64,000 nt of DNA from the NCBI GenBank assembly GCA_044240195.1, contig JBIHZX010000001.1, positions 135,576 to 199,575 on the forward strand, read 5' to 3'. Below are positions 20,400 through 31,729 of this stretch, piece after piece. The stretch is from Candidatus Nanopelagicales bacterium. GTDB taxonomy: Bacteria > Actinomycetota > Actinomycetes > S36-B12. Position 1 is the stretch's first letter. Each line of letters begins with the position of its first letter. Made by a program: the position numbers and the translations under genes. The notes beneath the pieces were generated by a model. It did no database searches and had not been told where the DNA came from. It saw only the letters and a list, made by a program, of their open reading frames with translations.

Positions 20400-21973
20400 G
20401 CTGATGCATCCCTTCGCTTGCGGCGGGATTTACCCGCGAGTGCGTCGGCCACGCTGACTCCGCCAAGACGACTGGGATCCAGTCCCGTCCAGCGTGATCC
20501 ATTCTGCATGAATTTTGTGCGCCCAAGCAGAACCGTCACCGGATGGGTGAACCAGAATGCAACCAAAACATCTATGACCGTGATCAATCCCAAAACGAAC
20601 GCAAAACCTCGAACGCTACCCACGGAGAGTAGATAGAGAACAACCGCAGCCAAGAAGGAGACAAAGTCAGCCGCAAGCAGTGTGCGCCTTGCTCGGATCC
20701 AACCAGTGTCGCACGCCTGTCGGAGTGACTTACCGTCGCGGATTTCGTCACGGATTCGCTCAAAGTAAACGATGAATGAGTCGGCTGTGATACCAATTGC
20801 AACGATCGCACCTGCAACACCCGCGAGGGTCAAAGTGAGACCAATGGTCTTACTCAGTACGACGAATATGACGTAAACCAGCCCGCCAGCGACCACGAGC
20901 GAAAGTCCAGCCACGATACCGAGAAGCCGGTAGTAGAACAGCAGGTACAACATGACCAGCAGTAACCCGATTCCACCTGCAATCAATCCAGCAACGAGTT
21001 GATCATTACCAACCGTGGGTGAAATTGTCGTGACATCAACCGGATCCAATGTTATGGGAAGTGCTCCAAATTTGAGAATACTCGCTAAATCTCTAGCCTC
21101 TTGGGCGGTGAAGCTACCTTCAATCTGGGCCTGGCCGCCAAGAATCGGCTCATTGAACCGTGGGGCCGAGACGACAACTCCGTCAAGGACAATTGCGAAG
21201 GCATTACACGGCTGCGCGCCCGTACCACACTCAGGCAGAGCGCTTAACTCGGTTGATGCAGCCGACAATGCCGAGGCACCTTCTGAATCAAATTCAAGGC
21301 TGACGACCCATGTGACTCCACTTTGCGGAAGTTCAGCCGTTGCGTTAGTGACATTTGTTCCTTTTATAAATGCCGGCTGCAGTGAATACTTAGAAGCGCC
21401 GCTCTGTTCACACGTTCCCAGCCATTTCTCTGGATCATCGGGGGTTCCTCCGGCGAGAACGGTGGGATCCGTGCAGTCGAGTGCCGCAAGTTCGCCTTGA
21501 AACTCTGGTGAATTTTCAGGAGCCTGTACCGGGGGCACCGCTGTTACCGCTGCGGCACCCTCCGCTGGAGGTGCAGGGGTCGGAGCATAAATGTCCCATA
21601 CGGGTCGGAAGTTGAGCAGTGCGGTTTGCTGCACTAATTCAACAATTCGATCCTGATTCACACCGGGAACCGATACAACGATTGCCGCCCCGTCACCCGA
21701 TCCCTGTGTTGTGACCTCAGCCTCAGCTACACCTAATCCGTTCACTCGAGCACGAAGAATCTCAACCGTTTGTGTCAACTGCTCGTCGGTGATTTCAGCG
21801 CCTTCAGTAACCGCCTCGGGGATGAGAATTACTTGTGTTCCACCCTGGAGATCCAACCCGAGCCTGATCGTGTTGTCTGAGCCTGGAAAGAGCGCCCAAA
21901 CACTGAAGCCGACGAGGACGACGACTAAAAGTGATAGCAGGCGCCAAGGGCGCGCTTTTGCTGATACTGCCAC
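20396..21973 (-). CDS. secD: Protein translocase subunit SecD
   Basis: 525 aa. An N-terminal TM helix and a large periplasmic domain are followed by 5 C-terminal TM helices. Confidence 0.9.
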   Translation of the reverse strand: MAVSAKARPWRLLSLLVVVLVGFSVWALFPGSDNTIRLGLDLQGGTQVILIPEAVTEGAEITDEQLTQTVEILRARVNGLGVAEAEVTTQGSGDGAAIVVSVPGVNQDRIVELVQQTALLNFRPVWDIYAPTPAPPAEGAAAVTAVPPVQAPENSPEFQGELAALDCTDPTVLAGGTPDDPEKWLGTCEQSGASKYSLQPAFIKGTNVTNATAELPQSGVTWVVSLEFDSEGASALSAASTELSALPECGTGAQPCNAFAIVLDGVVVSAPRFNEPILGGQAQIEGSFTAQEARDLASILKFGALPITLDPVDVTTISPTVGNDQLVAGLIAGGIGLLLVMLYLLFYYRLLGIVAGLSLVVAGGLVYVIFVVLSKTIGLTLTLAGVAGAIVAIGITADSFIVYFERIRDEIRDGKSLRQACDTGWIRARRTLLAADFVSFLAAVVLYLLSVGSVRGFAFVLGLITVIDVLVAFWFTHPVTVLLGRTKFMQNGSRWTGLDPSRLGGVSVADALAGKSRRKRRDASA

Positions 21974-22067
21974 GTGGCTCCTTTATCGGCGCACCTAGTG
22001 CGGTGCGTACAAACAAACGTACAGACTAAATCTGGGTGCAGGTTCCCTTCACCTCAAGATAGGAAAT

Positions 22068-22352
22068 CTACTCCGCGTCATCCATTGGGGACAAAGTCGG
22101 GTGGATAACCTTTGAAACTGCGCCGGGAAGAATTCGAATCACAGTTCCTGGGGCAATCTCTAAACTAAGCGCTTCGTCACTGACTTCGCGGACAGTTCCG
22201 AAGATCCCGGCAGTTGTCATGACCTCGGTTCCCGGCGCAACGGCGCTCACCATTTCAGCATGCTTCTTTTGGCGATTCTTTTGGGGACGGATCAGTAGAA
22301 AATAAAATGCGACAACAAGCAGCAGTATTGGGGCAAGGCTCAAGATATCCAT
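22068..22352 (-). CDS. yajC: Preprotein translocase subunit YajC
   Basis: The start is moved to the ATG at 22352 (MDILSLAPILLLVVAFYFLLIRPQKNRQKKH...). The track ORF extends to 22394. Confidence 0.8.
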   Translation of the reverse strand: MDILSLAPILLLVVAFYFLLIRPQKNRQKKHAEMVSAVAPGTEVMTTAGIFGTVREVSDEALSLEIAPGTVIRILPGAVSKVIHPTLSPMDDAE

Positions 22353-22409
22353 GAAGCTCCTAAGGGTTGATTGTCGCCCAAGGTTATCTGCCACCCTGGG
22401 AATCGTGCT

Positions 22410-23447
22410 TTACAGGGGCAATTCAAAACTTTCCTGACCCATGACATCCTTCGGTGCCCCGAGCACTCCCAAGTGTTTCCAGGCGGCGGCGGTGGCTACG
22501 CGGCCTCGGGGCGTGCGGGCGAGCAGGCCCAGTCGAACGAGGAAAGGTTCACAGACTGACTCGACCGTTTCGGGTTCCTCGGCCACAGCAACGGCCAAAG
22601 TCGAAAGTCCTACGGGACCACCATCGAAACGATTGATTAACACGTCAAGGATCGCCCGATCAATCCGATCGAGACCCAATGTGTCGACTTCATACAGTTC
22701 CAATGCCTTTTGTGCAGCATCGAGATCAACCACGCCTGTGCCATGCACTTGAGCCCAGTCCCTAACTCGGCGCAACAGACGATTCGCAATTCGAGGAGTT
22801 CCTCGGCAACGCCCTGCCAATTCGGCAGCGCCCTCTGTTGTTAGTTCCACCCCGAGCAGGCGCGCACTTCGGTCAATAATTGTTGCCAAGTCAGAACTCT
22901 CATAGAAGTCGAGGTGCGCGGTGAACCCGAATCGGTCACGCAACGGTGAAGGAAGCATGCCGGCTCGGGTGGTAGCCCCAACCAGAGTGAATGGGGCAAT
23001 ATCGATGGGGATAGCAGTTGCCCCGGGGCCTTTTCCGACCATCACATCAACGCGAAAATCCTCCATGGCCAAGTAGAGCATTTCCTCGGCTGCACGGGCT
23101 GTTCGGTGAATCTCGTCCAAAAATAAGACTTCCCCCGGTTGCAAGCTTGATAGAACAGCTGCTACATCACCTGCATGTTGCAGAGCTGGCCCCGATGTTA
23201 AACGAACAGGTGCGCCAAGTTCCGTAGCGATGATCGTGGCGAGAGTGGTTTTACCCAAACCTGGTGGACCGCTAAGAAGCACATGATCACACACTCCGCC
23301 GCGACGATTTGCAGCCTCAAGCACCAGCCCCAATTGTGATTTGACTCGATCCTGGCCGATGAATTCCTTCAAACTAGTCGGCCTTAATGCCCCTTCAACC
23401 TCAAAATCGTCGTCATTTGATTCAGCGAAAACAAGTGATTCACTCAT
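22410..23447 (-). CDS. ruvB: Holliday junction branch migration ATPase RuvB
   Basis: 345 aa with Walker [10 protein letters not shown] and LFLDEIHR. There is an ATGA overlap with the ruvA stop. Confidence 0.95.
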   Translation of the reverse strand: MSESLVFAESNDDDFEVEGALRPTSLKEFIGQDRVKSQLGLVLEAANRRGGVCDHVLLSGPPGLGKTTLATIIATELGAPVRLTSGPALQHAGDVAAVLSSLQPGEVLFLDEIHRTARAAEEMLYLAMEDFRVDVMVGKGPGATAIPIDIAPFTLVGATTRAGMLPSPLRDRFGFTAHLDFYESSDLATIIDRSARLLGVELTTEGAAELAGRCRGTPRIANRLLRRVRDWAQVHGTGVVDLDAAQKALELYEVDTLGLDRIDRAILDVLINRFDGGPVGLSTLAVAVAEEPETVESVCEPFLVRLGLLARTPRGRVATAAAWKHLGVLGAPKDVMGQESFELPL

Positions 23448-24058
23448 GAGCGGTCCAATGACCGAAGTGATGCTTTTAGCAATTCGCCAACATCGGGCTC
23501 CGCAAGGGCGACCAAATCTGGATAGTTTTCGGCGACCGCATCCATTGCGGCTTCGGATTCACGGGCGGTCCACCCTAAAGAAGAAAGCCCGGCTCCGACC
23601 GCCACACGCCAACTTTGCGCGCGTTTGGCTCGAGTTCCGGTTGTTGCGTTGCCTCCGGATGCGATCACTTTGTCCTTGAGTTCAAGCACCATACGAGAAG
23701 CACCCTTTTTGCCAATTCCGGAGATGGACATCAACGCATCCAAGTCTTCGGAGAGTATCGATTGAGAAAACTCTACGGGTGAAAGACTCGCTACGACGCC
23801 CAAAGCAATTCGTGGCCCAATTCCCGTGACCGTTTGCACCAGATCAAACATCGCGCACTGGTCCTCTTGGGCAAAGCCGTAGAGCGTCCATGAATCTTCC
23901 CGCACGATTAATGACGTATGAAGAAAAACGGGATCACCAACGCGCAGACTCAGCGCTGTGGCCGGCGGACACAGGACTTTGATTCCTTGATCTCCGGTAT
24001 CAATGACCACGAAATCAGGCCCCGACTTCCAGACCTCGCCACGAATAAATGTGATCAC
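23444..24058 (-). CDS. ruvA: Holliday junction DNA helicase RuvA
   Basis: The GTG at 24058 gives (M)ITFIRGEV..., the usual RuvA N-terminus, and forms a GTGA overlap with the ruvC stop. The track ORF (to 24112) would overlap ruvC. Confidence 0.9.
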   Translation of the reverse strand: MITFIRGEVWKSGPDFVVIDTGDQGIKVLCPPATALSLRVGDPVFLHTSLIVREDSWTLYGFAQEDQCAMFDLVQTVTGIGPRIALGVVASLSPVEFSQSILSEDLDALMSISGIGKKGASRMVLELKDKVIASGGNATTGTRAKRAQSWRVAVGAGLSSLGWTARESEAAMDAVAENYPDLVALAEPDVGELLKASLRSLDRS

Positions 24059-24570
24059 TTTGCGTGGGCCTTTCGAGCAGCTTCGTATTTTGCTTCGGCA
24101 ATTCCACGCCAAGCGGCGGTGATCGCAATTGCAAGCGCATCGGCTGCATCCGCTGGCTTTGGTGCCACTTTCAGTTGCGCAATTTTCGTAACCATGAGTG
24201 TTACTTGATTCTTATCGGCCCTTCCATTGCCCGTGACAGCGGCCTTCACTTCAGTCGGGGTGTGCATCCCAACTCGAATTCCGCGCTGGCCCGCAAGGAG
24301 TAATCCAATACCGGCGGCTTGCGCTGTTGACATTGCAGATCGAACATTTTGTTGGCTAAAAACACGTTCAATGGCAATGACTTCCGGGGAATATTTATCG
24401 ATGATCAGCGACAATTCTGCATGTAAAGTAGCTAATCGATCACAGAGATCGCTCTCTGCGGGTGTGGTAATCACTCCGACGAAGTGCGCCTGAACGGGTC
24501 GACCAGGGGTGCCGTCAATCACGGCTACACCGCAACGGGTCAGCCCTGGATCAATCCCCAGAACACGCAT
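24055..24570 (-). CDS. ruvC: Crossover junction endodeoxyribonuclease RuvC
   Basis: The ATG at 24570, behind the RBS AAAGAGGA, gives [14 protein letters not shown].... The track ORF is over-extended to 24666. Confidence 0.9.
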   Translation of the reverse strand: MRVLGIDPGLTRCGVAVIDGTPGRPVQAHFVGVITTPAESDLCDRLATLHAELSLIIDKYSPEVIAIERVFSQQNVRSAMSTAQAAGIGLLLAGQRGIRVGMHTPTEVKAAVTGNGRADKNQVTLMVTKIAQLKVAPKPADAADALAIAITAAWRGIAEAKYEAARKAHAK

Positions 24571-24646
24571 AAATCCTCTTTCACTCCAATGAACAGGGCC
24601 ACCCTCAACCAATCCGTGAAACCCAATCTGGCTTAAAGTTGTGCCA

Positions 24647-26050
24647 TTACAGAGTATCGCCCGCATGGGTTACCGCATGGAAGCCCGCGCGGAGATCATG
24701 CATCAATTCAGCATGATCACCAATTGCACGATCGTCAGTAGAAACACCGATGAACGCCTTGGAATCGTATGTCACCATGGTGACATTGACCGCCGCACCG
24801 ATTGTGGCCACCAGTGGGTAAACGGCAATCATGCGACTGCCTGCGAGATAAATCGGAATCGGTGGACCAGGAACGTTACTTGTCGTGATGTCAGAGGCGC
24901 GGGCCACCGACGCCAGCATGGGTACCGGAACAAACCAGCTGACTTCAGCGAGCGGGTCGGCCAGTCGCATCGCAGGCTCACGCCTCCATTGATCTACCAA
25001 TTCGTGGGCCTGCTGCATCAATTCAAGGGTTGATTTTCCCGCTACCTGCATGGGGAATCGGGCAATTGCCACAGCATTCGCAGCCTGACCACTGCGGTCA
25101 CCGGCATCGCCCCTTAACGAAATCGGCACGTTGACGCGCAGTGATTCCGCGGAACTGCCATGGCGAGCGTGATAAACCTGCATTCCGGTCATCACGGCAG
25201 CCATGAATGCGTCGTTGATGCTCAAATCACGTAACTTTGCGGCATTGCGTATTTCGGCGAATGGCATTTCCAAGGTGCCAAATGTGTACGTGGTGCCCCG
25301 CGCGGTCAAGATTGGGGAAAGTGGCGCGTCATAAACCGTCGTCGCGCGGGTTATCGACCCGATCGTTTCCACAGTCTTCTCATACGCCAAGGCGGGGTCC
25401 GTTAGCGATGTCTTTGCCAAGCGCAGTGCCGTCCCGAAAAGTCCTTTTGCGCCGTCAGCAACCCGCACCAAGTTGTCCAGGGAATTTGCTAATAGAAGAT
25501 CCTGCCAACTGACATCAACACCTACCGGGGCAGCCGGCGGCTCGGGCTCATCAGGATTTGTTTCGGTACCGAATTCAAAAAGTGTCAGCGCGATCATGAC
25601 TGTTGCCGCGCCGTCGGCAATTGAGTGATGTAATTTGAGTAAGAACGCACTGTGACCGCCTGGTAGACCTTCGATCAGCGTTGCTTCCCACAACGGTCGA
25701 TTGTGATCAAAGTCCCCCAAACTAATCCTGCGAGCATCAGACAACAAGTCATTCCAGCCGCCGCCTTCGGGAAGTCGATAGCGACGCACGTGAAAATCTA
25801 AATCAAAATCCGGATCAATGCTCAGTCGTGGAGCAGAGAAACCAATGGCACTGTATAGCGGGCGCATCCGGAGTTCAGGGACGAATAGTGTCAGTCGCTC
25901 AAGTCGCGACCGAAGTCGTTTCCAATCAGGTGCCGAGTCCAAGATGGCCATAGCAACAACCGTGGAACGCATCGTTGGATCTCCGCTGGCCGTTCGAAAG
26001 GTTGCCGCGTCCCAACCTCTGAGTTGCTTGCCGACAGAGTCCGTCGTCAT
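24647..26050 (-). CDS. Wax ester synthase / diacylglycerol acyltransferase (WS/DGAT) family protein
   Basis: 467 aa with the HHxxxDG active-site motif ([12 protein letters not shown]). Confidence 0.8.
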   Translation of the reverse strand: MTTDSVGKQLRGWDAATFRTASGDPTMRSTVVAMAILDSAPDWKRLRSRLERLTLFVPELRMRPLYSAIGFSAPRLSIDPDFDLDFHVRRYRLPEGGGWNDLLSDARRISLGDFDHNRPLWEATLIEGLPGGHSAFLLKLHHSIADGAATVMIALTLFEFGTETNPDEPEPPAAPVGVDVSWQDLLLANSLDNLVRVADGAKGLFGTALRLAKTSLTDPALAYEKTVETIGSITRATTVYDAPLSPILTARGTTYTFGTLEMPFAEIRNAAKLRDLSINDAFMAAVMTGMQVYHARHGSSAESLRVNVPISLRGDAGDRSGQAANAVAIARFPMQVAGKSTLELMQQAHELVDQWRREPAMRLADPLAEVSWFVPVPMLASVARASDITTSNVPGPPIPIYLAGSRMIAVYPLVATIGAAVNVTMVTYDSKAFIGVSTDDRAIGDHAELMHDLRAGFHAVTHAGDTL

Positions 26051-26052
26051 GC

Positions 26053-26814
26053 CTAACCGACCGCATCCATGATTTCATCAGATACGTCAAAGTTCGCGTA
26101 GACGTTTTGGACATCATCGCTGTCCTCAAGAGCTTCCAACATGCGAAAGAGTTGCGTTGCACCCTCTTCATCCATGGGCACGGTCATGCTCGGCATGAAC
26201 GTGGCTTCGGCGGATTCATAGTCGATTCCTGCACCCTGTAGAGCCTTGCGCACTGCGACGAAATCGGTGGCTTCGGAAACGATCTCGAATGATTCCCCAT
26301 GGTCGTTTACTTCCTGCGCGCCAACCTCCAAAACTGCATCAAGAATCTGATCTTCGGAGACCTCCCGGCCCTCTGAGACTTTGTTGACAATCACAACCCC
26401 CTTACGACCGAAAAGATATGACACACTTCCGGGATCGGCCATTGAGCCGCCATTGCGCGTCATTGCAACCCGAACCTCCGAGGCTGCTCGATTACGATTG
26501 TCGGTAAGACATTCGACGAGAACTGCCACACCCCCAGGCCCGTAGCCCTCGTACATGATGGTTTGCCAATCGGCTCCACCTGTTTCAGCACCAGACCCAC
26601 GTTTGAGCGCCCGCTCAATGTTATCCAGCGGCACAGAGCTCTTACGTGCCTTTTGGACGGCATCAAAGAGCGTGGGGTTTCCTTCAAGGTCTCCCCCTCC
26701 TTGCCGAGCTGCAACCTCAATATTTTTAATCAGCTTGGCAAAAAGCTTTGCCCGACGGCCGTCAATGACCGCCTTCTTGTGTTTGGTGGTTGCCCATTTG
26801 GAATGACCACTCAT
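26053..26814 (-). CDS. YebC/PmpR family DNA-binding regulator
   Basis: 253 aa starting [15 protein letters not shown]. Confidence 0.95.
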   Translation of the reverse strand: MSGHSKWATTKHKKAVIDGRRAKLFAKLIKNIEVAARQGGGDLEGNPTLFDAVQKARKSSVPLDNIERALKRGSGAETGGADWQTIMYEGYGPGGVAVLVECLTDNRNRAASEVRVAMTRNGGSMADPGSVSYLFGRKGVVIVNKVSEGREVSEDQILDAVLEVGAQEVNDHGESFEIVSEATDFVAVRKALQGAGIDYESAEATFMPSMTVPMDEEGATQLFRMLEALEDSDDVQNVYANFDVSDEIMDAVG

Positions 26815-27422
26815 GAATTCCTCACCATTTCTACAAACAATTCATGGACCCGAGGGTCCGCGGTTAATTCCGGGTGAAATGAGGTAGCCATCAACGTGTC
26901 ATTTCGCACCCCGACGATCCTACCCTCGTGTGGGCCTGCACTTATCCTCGCAATTACCTCGGTGGACCCACCTGCCTCAATTACCCACGGGGCACGAATA
27001 AAAACACCCTCAAATTCCCGATCTGGCTCCCGGATACCCCCAATGACAATCCCGGTTTCAAAAGACTCTGTCTGCGAGCCAAATGCATTGCGCTCAACCG
27101 ACATGTCAAGGCCACCGATTGACTCTTGACCCTCAATACCCCCGACAATTTGGTCTGCCAGCATGATCATCCCGGCACATGAACCAAACATCGGCAATCC
27201 GCCCGCTCGCGCTTCCCGAAGGGGCTCCATCAAGCCGAAAGTGCGCGCCAACTTGTCCATGGTGCCTGACTCTCCGCCAGGAATGACGAGGCCGTCAACC
27301 CCGCTGAGTTGCTCGCGCGTTTTCACCGAAATGGAATTTGCGCCCGCCAATTCAAGCGCCCGTAGATGCTCGCGAACTCCACCTTGAATGGCCAGCACCC
27401 CAATTGTGGGAACTGGCTGCAT
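26811..27422 (-). CDS. pdxT: Pyridoxal 5'-phosphate synthase, glutaminase subunit
   Basis: 203 aa. It has [13 protein letters not shown], the catalytic Cys in GSCAGMIML, and FHPEL. Confidence 0.93.
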   Translation of the reverse strand: MQPVPTIGVLAIQGGVREHLRALELAGANSISVKTREQLSGVDGLVIPGGESGTMDKLARTFGLMEPLREARAGGLPMFGSCAGMIMLADQIVGGIEGQESIGGLDMSVERNAFGSQTESFETGIVIGGIREPDREFEGVFIRAPWVIEAGGSTEVIARISAGPHEGRIVGVRNDTLMATSFHPELTADPRVHELFVEMVRNS

Positions 27423-27428
27423 TAAGAC

Positions 27429-28322
27429 CTACCAGCCACGATCTTCAAGACGGTGGTGAACGGGAATGTCCGCAACGTTGATGCCGACCATGGCCTCGCC
27501 CAGTCCGCGGCTCACCTTTGCTACAACATCTGGGTTGTCATAATGCATGGTTGCCTGCACTACCGCACTGGCGCGCTCGGCCGGGTTGCCTGATTTGAAA
27601 ATTCCGCTACCGACAAAGACACCGTCAGCTCCCAACTGCATCATGAGTGCGGCGTCGGCTGGTGTTGCAATTCCACCTGCGGTGAAGAGAACCGTTGGAA
27701 GTGATCCCGTGCGGGCGACCTCAGCCACTAGATCGTAGGGAGCCTGTAACTCCTTGGCTGCGACGAAGAGTTCGTCGGGAGCCATTGACGACAGACGTAG
27801 AACTTCGGAACGAATCTTGCGCATGTGCGTGACAGCATTAGAAACATCACCCGTACCCGCTTCACCCTTAGAACGAATCATCGCGGCGCCCTCGGTGAGT
27901 CGGCGCAGTGCCTCGCCTAAGTTGGTAGCCCCGCAGACGAATGGCACGGTGAACTTCCACTTATCAATATGATTTGCATAGTCAGCGGGTGACAAAACTT
28001 CAGACTCGTCAATGTAGTCAACACCGAGTGATTCCAAAATCTGGGCTTCAGCGAAATGACCGATTCGCACCTTGGCCATAACGGGAATGCTCACCGCTGC
28101 TCGAATGGCATCGATCATGTCCGGATCTGACATGCGGCTGACGCCGCCCTCAGCACGAATGTCCGCTGGAACACGTTCAAGTGCCATGACGGCAACGGCG
28201 CCTGCATCTTCAGCTATTTTCGCCTGTTCAACGTTGACCACATCCATGATCACGCCACCCTTGAGCATTTCGGCCATTCCACGCTTGACGCGGCTAGTGC
28301 CGGTGCTGATTTCAGTTGACAT
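27429..28322 (-). CDS. pdxS: Pyridoxal 5'-phosphate synthase, lyase subunit
   Basis: The start is set at the ATG at 28322, with AAGGA 8 nt upstream. Motifs are [18 protein letters not shown] and VGSGIFKS. The track ORF extends to 28394. Confidence 0.93.
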   Translation of the reverse strand: MSTEISTGTSRVKRGMAEMLKGGVIMDVVNVEQAKIAEDAGAVAVMALERVPADIRAEGGVSRMSDPDMIDAIRAAVSIPVMAKVRIGHFAEAQILESLGVDYIDESEVLSPADYANHIDKWKFTVPFVCGATNLGEALRRLTEGAAMIRSKGEAGTGDVSNAVTHMRKIRSEVLRLSSMAPDELFVAAKELQAPYDLVAEVARTGSLPTVLFTAGGIATPADAALMMQLGADGVFVGSGIFKSGNPAERASAVVQATMHYDNPDVVAKVSRGLGEAMVGINVADIPVHHRLEDRGW

Positions 28323-28444
28323 ACTTGCCATCCTTAACAAATTGATCATCGTGGGGCGACTCACCTCATGAGATGCCCCATGATAGGGGAACACTTCCTC
28401 CTAGGCATTTCCACCCATACCGGCCTACTCGCGGCACCGGTAAT

Positions 28445-28993
28445 CTAACTTCGGTCCGAGATCTCGACATGGTCATAAATCTCACGTGTTTGAGGAAGTG
28501 GTGTGTGCCCGGCCAGGTGAAACCATCGGGCGGAACGCTGCTGCCGCAATTGCACGCAAGCCCGGACTGCATCATTAAGAAATCTTCGAGAAAGTTCAAC
28601 CCTTCGAGAGGCGGCCAAACACTCGTCAAGGATCTCTTGACCTCCAATTTCACCCTGGATGAGCTCAATTTCCTCGGTGTCAAGAACAGCGTTTAAGGCC
28701 GTAGTAAGTTCAGACTCTGCGCGATCACGTTGGGTTGACGACAGATCCGTAGATAACCGTGCTGCGTGAGCCGCTTCAGAAATCAAGACCGATGAAGCAG
28801 GATCCAAGAAGCCACTTGATGCAAGTTCCAATGTGACTCCGGAGCGACGCAGTAGGTGGGAATCCAATGAAATCATCGCTATGTCGATTCGACGGTGCAG
28901 ACGGTCAATTCTCCCAGCCGTCATACCTAGATAGAGAATGAAAAAAGCAGCGAGCAAAATGAAGACCACGGCTAAGACAATCCATAAAGCCAC
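28445..28993 (-). CDS. Hypothetical membrane-anchored protein
   Basis: 182 aa. An N-terminal TM helix (MALWIVLAVVFILLAAFFILYLG) is followed by a helical soluble part. I recognise no catalytic motif. Confidence 0.6.
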   Translation of the reverse strand: MALWIVLAVVFILLAAFFILYLGMTAGRIDRLHRRIDIAMISLDSHLLRRSGVTLELASSGFLDPASSVLISEAAHAARLSTDLSSTQRDRAESELTTALNAVLDTEEIELIQGEIGGQEILDECLAASRRVELSRRFLNDAVRACVQLRQQRSARWFHLAGHTPLPQTREIYDHVEISDRS

Positions 28994-28995
28994 GT

Positions 28996-30180
28996 TTAAT
29001 CCTCGCTTAATCGAATTGATCTGCCCGCAAACCTACCGACGACCTGCCCCCGCAAATCCTCTTCCACCTTTTCACCTTCGGTATGTACCGCTTCATAGAC
29101 CGCGATGACATCTTGCACGACGTGATCCCAATCAAAGTCCATCACTCGAATATTTCCTGCATCAACTAGCGCCTGACGCTGATCTGTGTCGGTCAACAAC
29201 TCAATAATTGCTAATCCCAACGCTTGTGAGTCACCAACGGGGAAAATTTTTCCAGCCTTCCCCGATTGCAACACTCGATTAAATGCCGGCAGATCAGATG
29301 CGACCACCGCTGTTCCTGCCGCCATGGCCTCTGCCAGCACGATTCCAAATGATTCACCGCCAATGTGCGGAGCGACATACAGATCCGCTTGGTTCAAGGT
29401 TCGTCGTTTTTCTTCATCAGAAAGGACTCCCACAAACCTCACCCGATCACCCCAACTCGGGTCGACGAACTCTTGGAATTCGGCTGGGTCGCCGGGACCG
29501 GCAATGATCAATTCGCAACGATCGAGCGCCGAAAAAACTTCTGGCATAGCGCGTAGGAGTACTTCAAGGCCTTTGCGCGGTTCGTCGATCCGTCCCAGAA
29601 ACAAGATCTTTTGGGTGCCTTCAACCGTCACGCTTTCTTGATCTCGAAATTCAGCCACGCGAACTCCATTAGGAATTAAGACGGCATCGCCGCCAATATG
29701 GCGAACAAGGGTTTCCCGGGCCGCTTCACTCACGGCAATCCGCCCGCGGATTTTCTCCATTGCGGTTTGGGCGACGTAATAACCCGCGGAAAGTATGCGT
29801 GATCTCTCATTGGAGGAATGCCAAGTAGCTACCAAAGGACCTCTCGCTGCCCAACATGTCAAAAGCGAAGAACTTGGTGCCACAGGTTCGTGAATGTGCA
29901 CGATGTCAAAATTGCCCTCACGAATCCATTGACGAACCCGTCTCGTTGCCCGAACACCGAAACTCAATCGGGAAACAGCTCCGTTATATGAGACAGCGAT
30001 TGGGCGTCCTCCGTCGAATACGTAGTCGGGCAAGGTATCGGGGTCCTCAACCGGTGCGAGGACACTTACTTCATAACCCTTGCTTTGCAGTGTCAAGGCC
30101 AGATCAGCCACGTGACTACGGACTCCCCCCGGTACATCCCATGAATATGGGCATACGATTCCAATTCGTTGAATGCTCAC
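28996..30180 (-). CDS. pimA: GT4 glycosyltransferase, phosphatidylinositol mannosyltransferase PimA-like
   Basis: 394 aa with the EX7E motif ESFGIVLAEAM. It lies next to an HX4D acyltransferase and pgsA, as in the mycobacterial PIM locus. Confidence 0.8.
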   Translation of the reverse strand: MSIQRIGIVCPYSWDVPGGVRSHVADLALTLQSKGYEVSVLAPVEDPDTLPDYVFDGGRPIAVSYNGAVSRLSFGVRATRRVRQWIREGNFDIVHIHEPVAPSSSLLTCWAARGPLVATWHSSNERSRILSAGYYVAQTAMEKIRGRIAVSEAARETLVRHIGGDAVLIPNGVRVAEFRDQESVTVEGTQKILFLGRIDEPRKGLEVLLRAMPEVFSALDRCELIIAGPGDPAEFQEFVDPSWGDRVRFVGVLSDEEKRRTLNQADLYVAPHIGGESFGIVLAEAMAAGTAVVASDLPAFNRVLQSGKAGKIFPVGDSQALGLAIIELLTDTDQRQALVDAGNIRVMDFDWDHVVQDVIAVYEAVHTEGEKVEEDLRGQVVGRFAGRSIRLSED

Positions 30181-31082
30181 CGAGGCTTCCGATCCGCTAG
30201 CCAGACCCTCTGCAACATGTGCCAGTCCTCAGGGTGCTTGGCAATTCCGATTTCAAAAGCCCGAGCAATCTGTTGGGTCATGTGCGCCACACGTTCACTT
30301 TTTGGCAGTGATTCCGGTATTTCAACTCGATCGTGAACTACCCCGATCGACATGGGGCCCTCAAAATGCATTGTGACAGGGTATAGCGGAGCACCTGTGA
30401 GAAGCGCCAAAGTTGCCGGCCCAGCAGGAAAACCCGCCTTCTCTCCAAAGAAATCAACCCCGATCCCTCGACCGGATATGTCACGGTCGCCTAAAAGTGC
30501 AACTAGCCCACCTGATTTCAATCTTTCCACGAGACTGCGTATGACATCAGAATCACCCAAGGGCAAAACTTCCATGCCGAGTGTTTCTCGATATTGCAAA
30601 AATTGATCAAAAAGTTTCTCGGGTTTCAGGCGTTCGGCAACAGTCGTAACGCGGCCATATCGTTGAGCTCCCCACGCTCCCGCCAGATCCCAGTTGGCCA
30701 TGTGCCCGGGAATCATCAGGACACCTTTTCCTGCTTCCATCCCTTGATCGAGTAACTCGACCCCCCGCAATTGGAATTGGGTCGAAAAGTACTCGGGGGA
30801 CATTGTCGGTAATCGAAATGCCTCACACCAGTAGCGCATGTAACTTCGCATTCCTTTTCGCGTGAGGTCCCTCAATTCATGCGCATCAAGATCTGGGCAG
30901 ACCCGGGCCAAGTTCTTGGATAACTGATCAGCACCCCCGGCGTCCTGCCGCCATAGGGCATCGGCCCCTGTTTGAAACATTCGTTGAGCAGCGCGCTCAG
31001 GTAGCCGCTTAGTCGCCGCCCAACCTGCGCTGTACGCCCAATTCGTAACGGAATCAGCGACGTGCCATTTATCGCTCATCAA
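30177..31082 (-). CDS. Phosphatidylinositol mannoside acyltransferase (LpxL/HtrB-type lysophospholipid acyltransferase family)
   Basis: 301 aa with the HX4D motif PGHMANWD. There is a GTGA overlap with the pimA start. Confidence 0.8.
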   Translation of the reverse strand: MMSDKWHVADSVTNWAYSAGWAATKRLPERAAQRMFQTGADALWRQDAGGADQLSKNLARVCPDLDAHELRDLTRKGMRSYMRYWCEAFRLPTMSPEYFSTQFQLRGVELLDQGMEAGKGVLMIPGHMANWDLAGAWGAQRYGRVTTVAERLKPEKLFDQFLQYRETLGMEVLPLGDSDVIRSLVERLKSGGLVALLGDRDISGRGIGVDFFGEKAGFPAGPATLALLTGAPLYPVTMHFEGPMSIGVVHDRVEIPESLPKSERVAHMTQQIARAFEIGIAKHPEDWHMLQRVWLADRKPR

Positions 31083-31088
31083 GAACCA

Positions 31089-31712
31089 CTACGGGGTTTC
31101 AGAGCGTGGCTTGAGTTGCTTTCGTACGTGAATGACTCGCTGAATCACCGTGGCTAGACCCAAAACTGCCAAAGCCCATACGACAATGTCCAATACCCAT
31201 GGAACTCCGACACCGGTAAGAAACAAGGCGGCCAAGATTGCCATGAGGCGCTCAGCCCTTTCAACAAGTCCCACGTTTGCATCAGCGCCCACCGCTTCAG
31301 CCCGGGCTTTTGTGTAGCTCGTGACCTGGCCGGCAACAAGTGCTATCAAAGCCCCCGCGGTCAGCCACAATTCATCGTTACTTGCTGACCAGAAAACAAC
31401 TGAGCCAAATATGGCTCCGTCAGCAACCCGGTCCAAAGACGCATCTAAAAAATTCCCCCAAGGACCGCTCGTACCCTTTATCCGAGCCATAGTTCCGTCA
31501 AGTAGGTCAGCAACCGCGAAAACCATAATTCCCAAAACCCCAACCACGAAACTTCCACGCGCGATAAACACCACTGCACATAAGACTGCCCCAAGCGTTC
31601 CTACGAGGGTGACTGCATCGGGTGAGACGTGCAGACGCAAAAGCAGCCTTGCGGGCGGGTCTACTAGTCCGCTCACCGCTCGGCGTGCTCTGGGATTGTT
31701 CAACATTGGCAT
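31089..31712 (-). CDS. pgsA: CDP-alcohol phosphatidyltransferase (phosphatidylinositol phosphate synthase-like)
   Basis: It has the motif DLLDGTMAR...GNFLDASLD (Dx2DGx2AR...Gx3Dx3D). The start is chosen at the ATG at 31712; 31706 and 31748 are alternatives. Confidence 0.85.
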   Translation of the reverse strand: MPMLNNPRARRAVSGLVDPPARLLLRLHVSPDAVTLVGTLGAVLCAVVFIARGSFVVGVLGIMVFAVADLLDGTMARIKGTSGPWGNFLDASLDRVADGAIFGSVVFWSASNDELWLTAGALIALVAGQVTSYTKARAEAVGADANVGLVERAERLMAILAALFLTGVGVPWVLDIVVWALAVLGLATVIQRVIHVRKQLKPRSETP

Positions 31713-31729
31713 GATGCTACCGTCCGACC

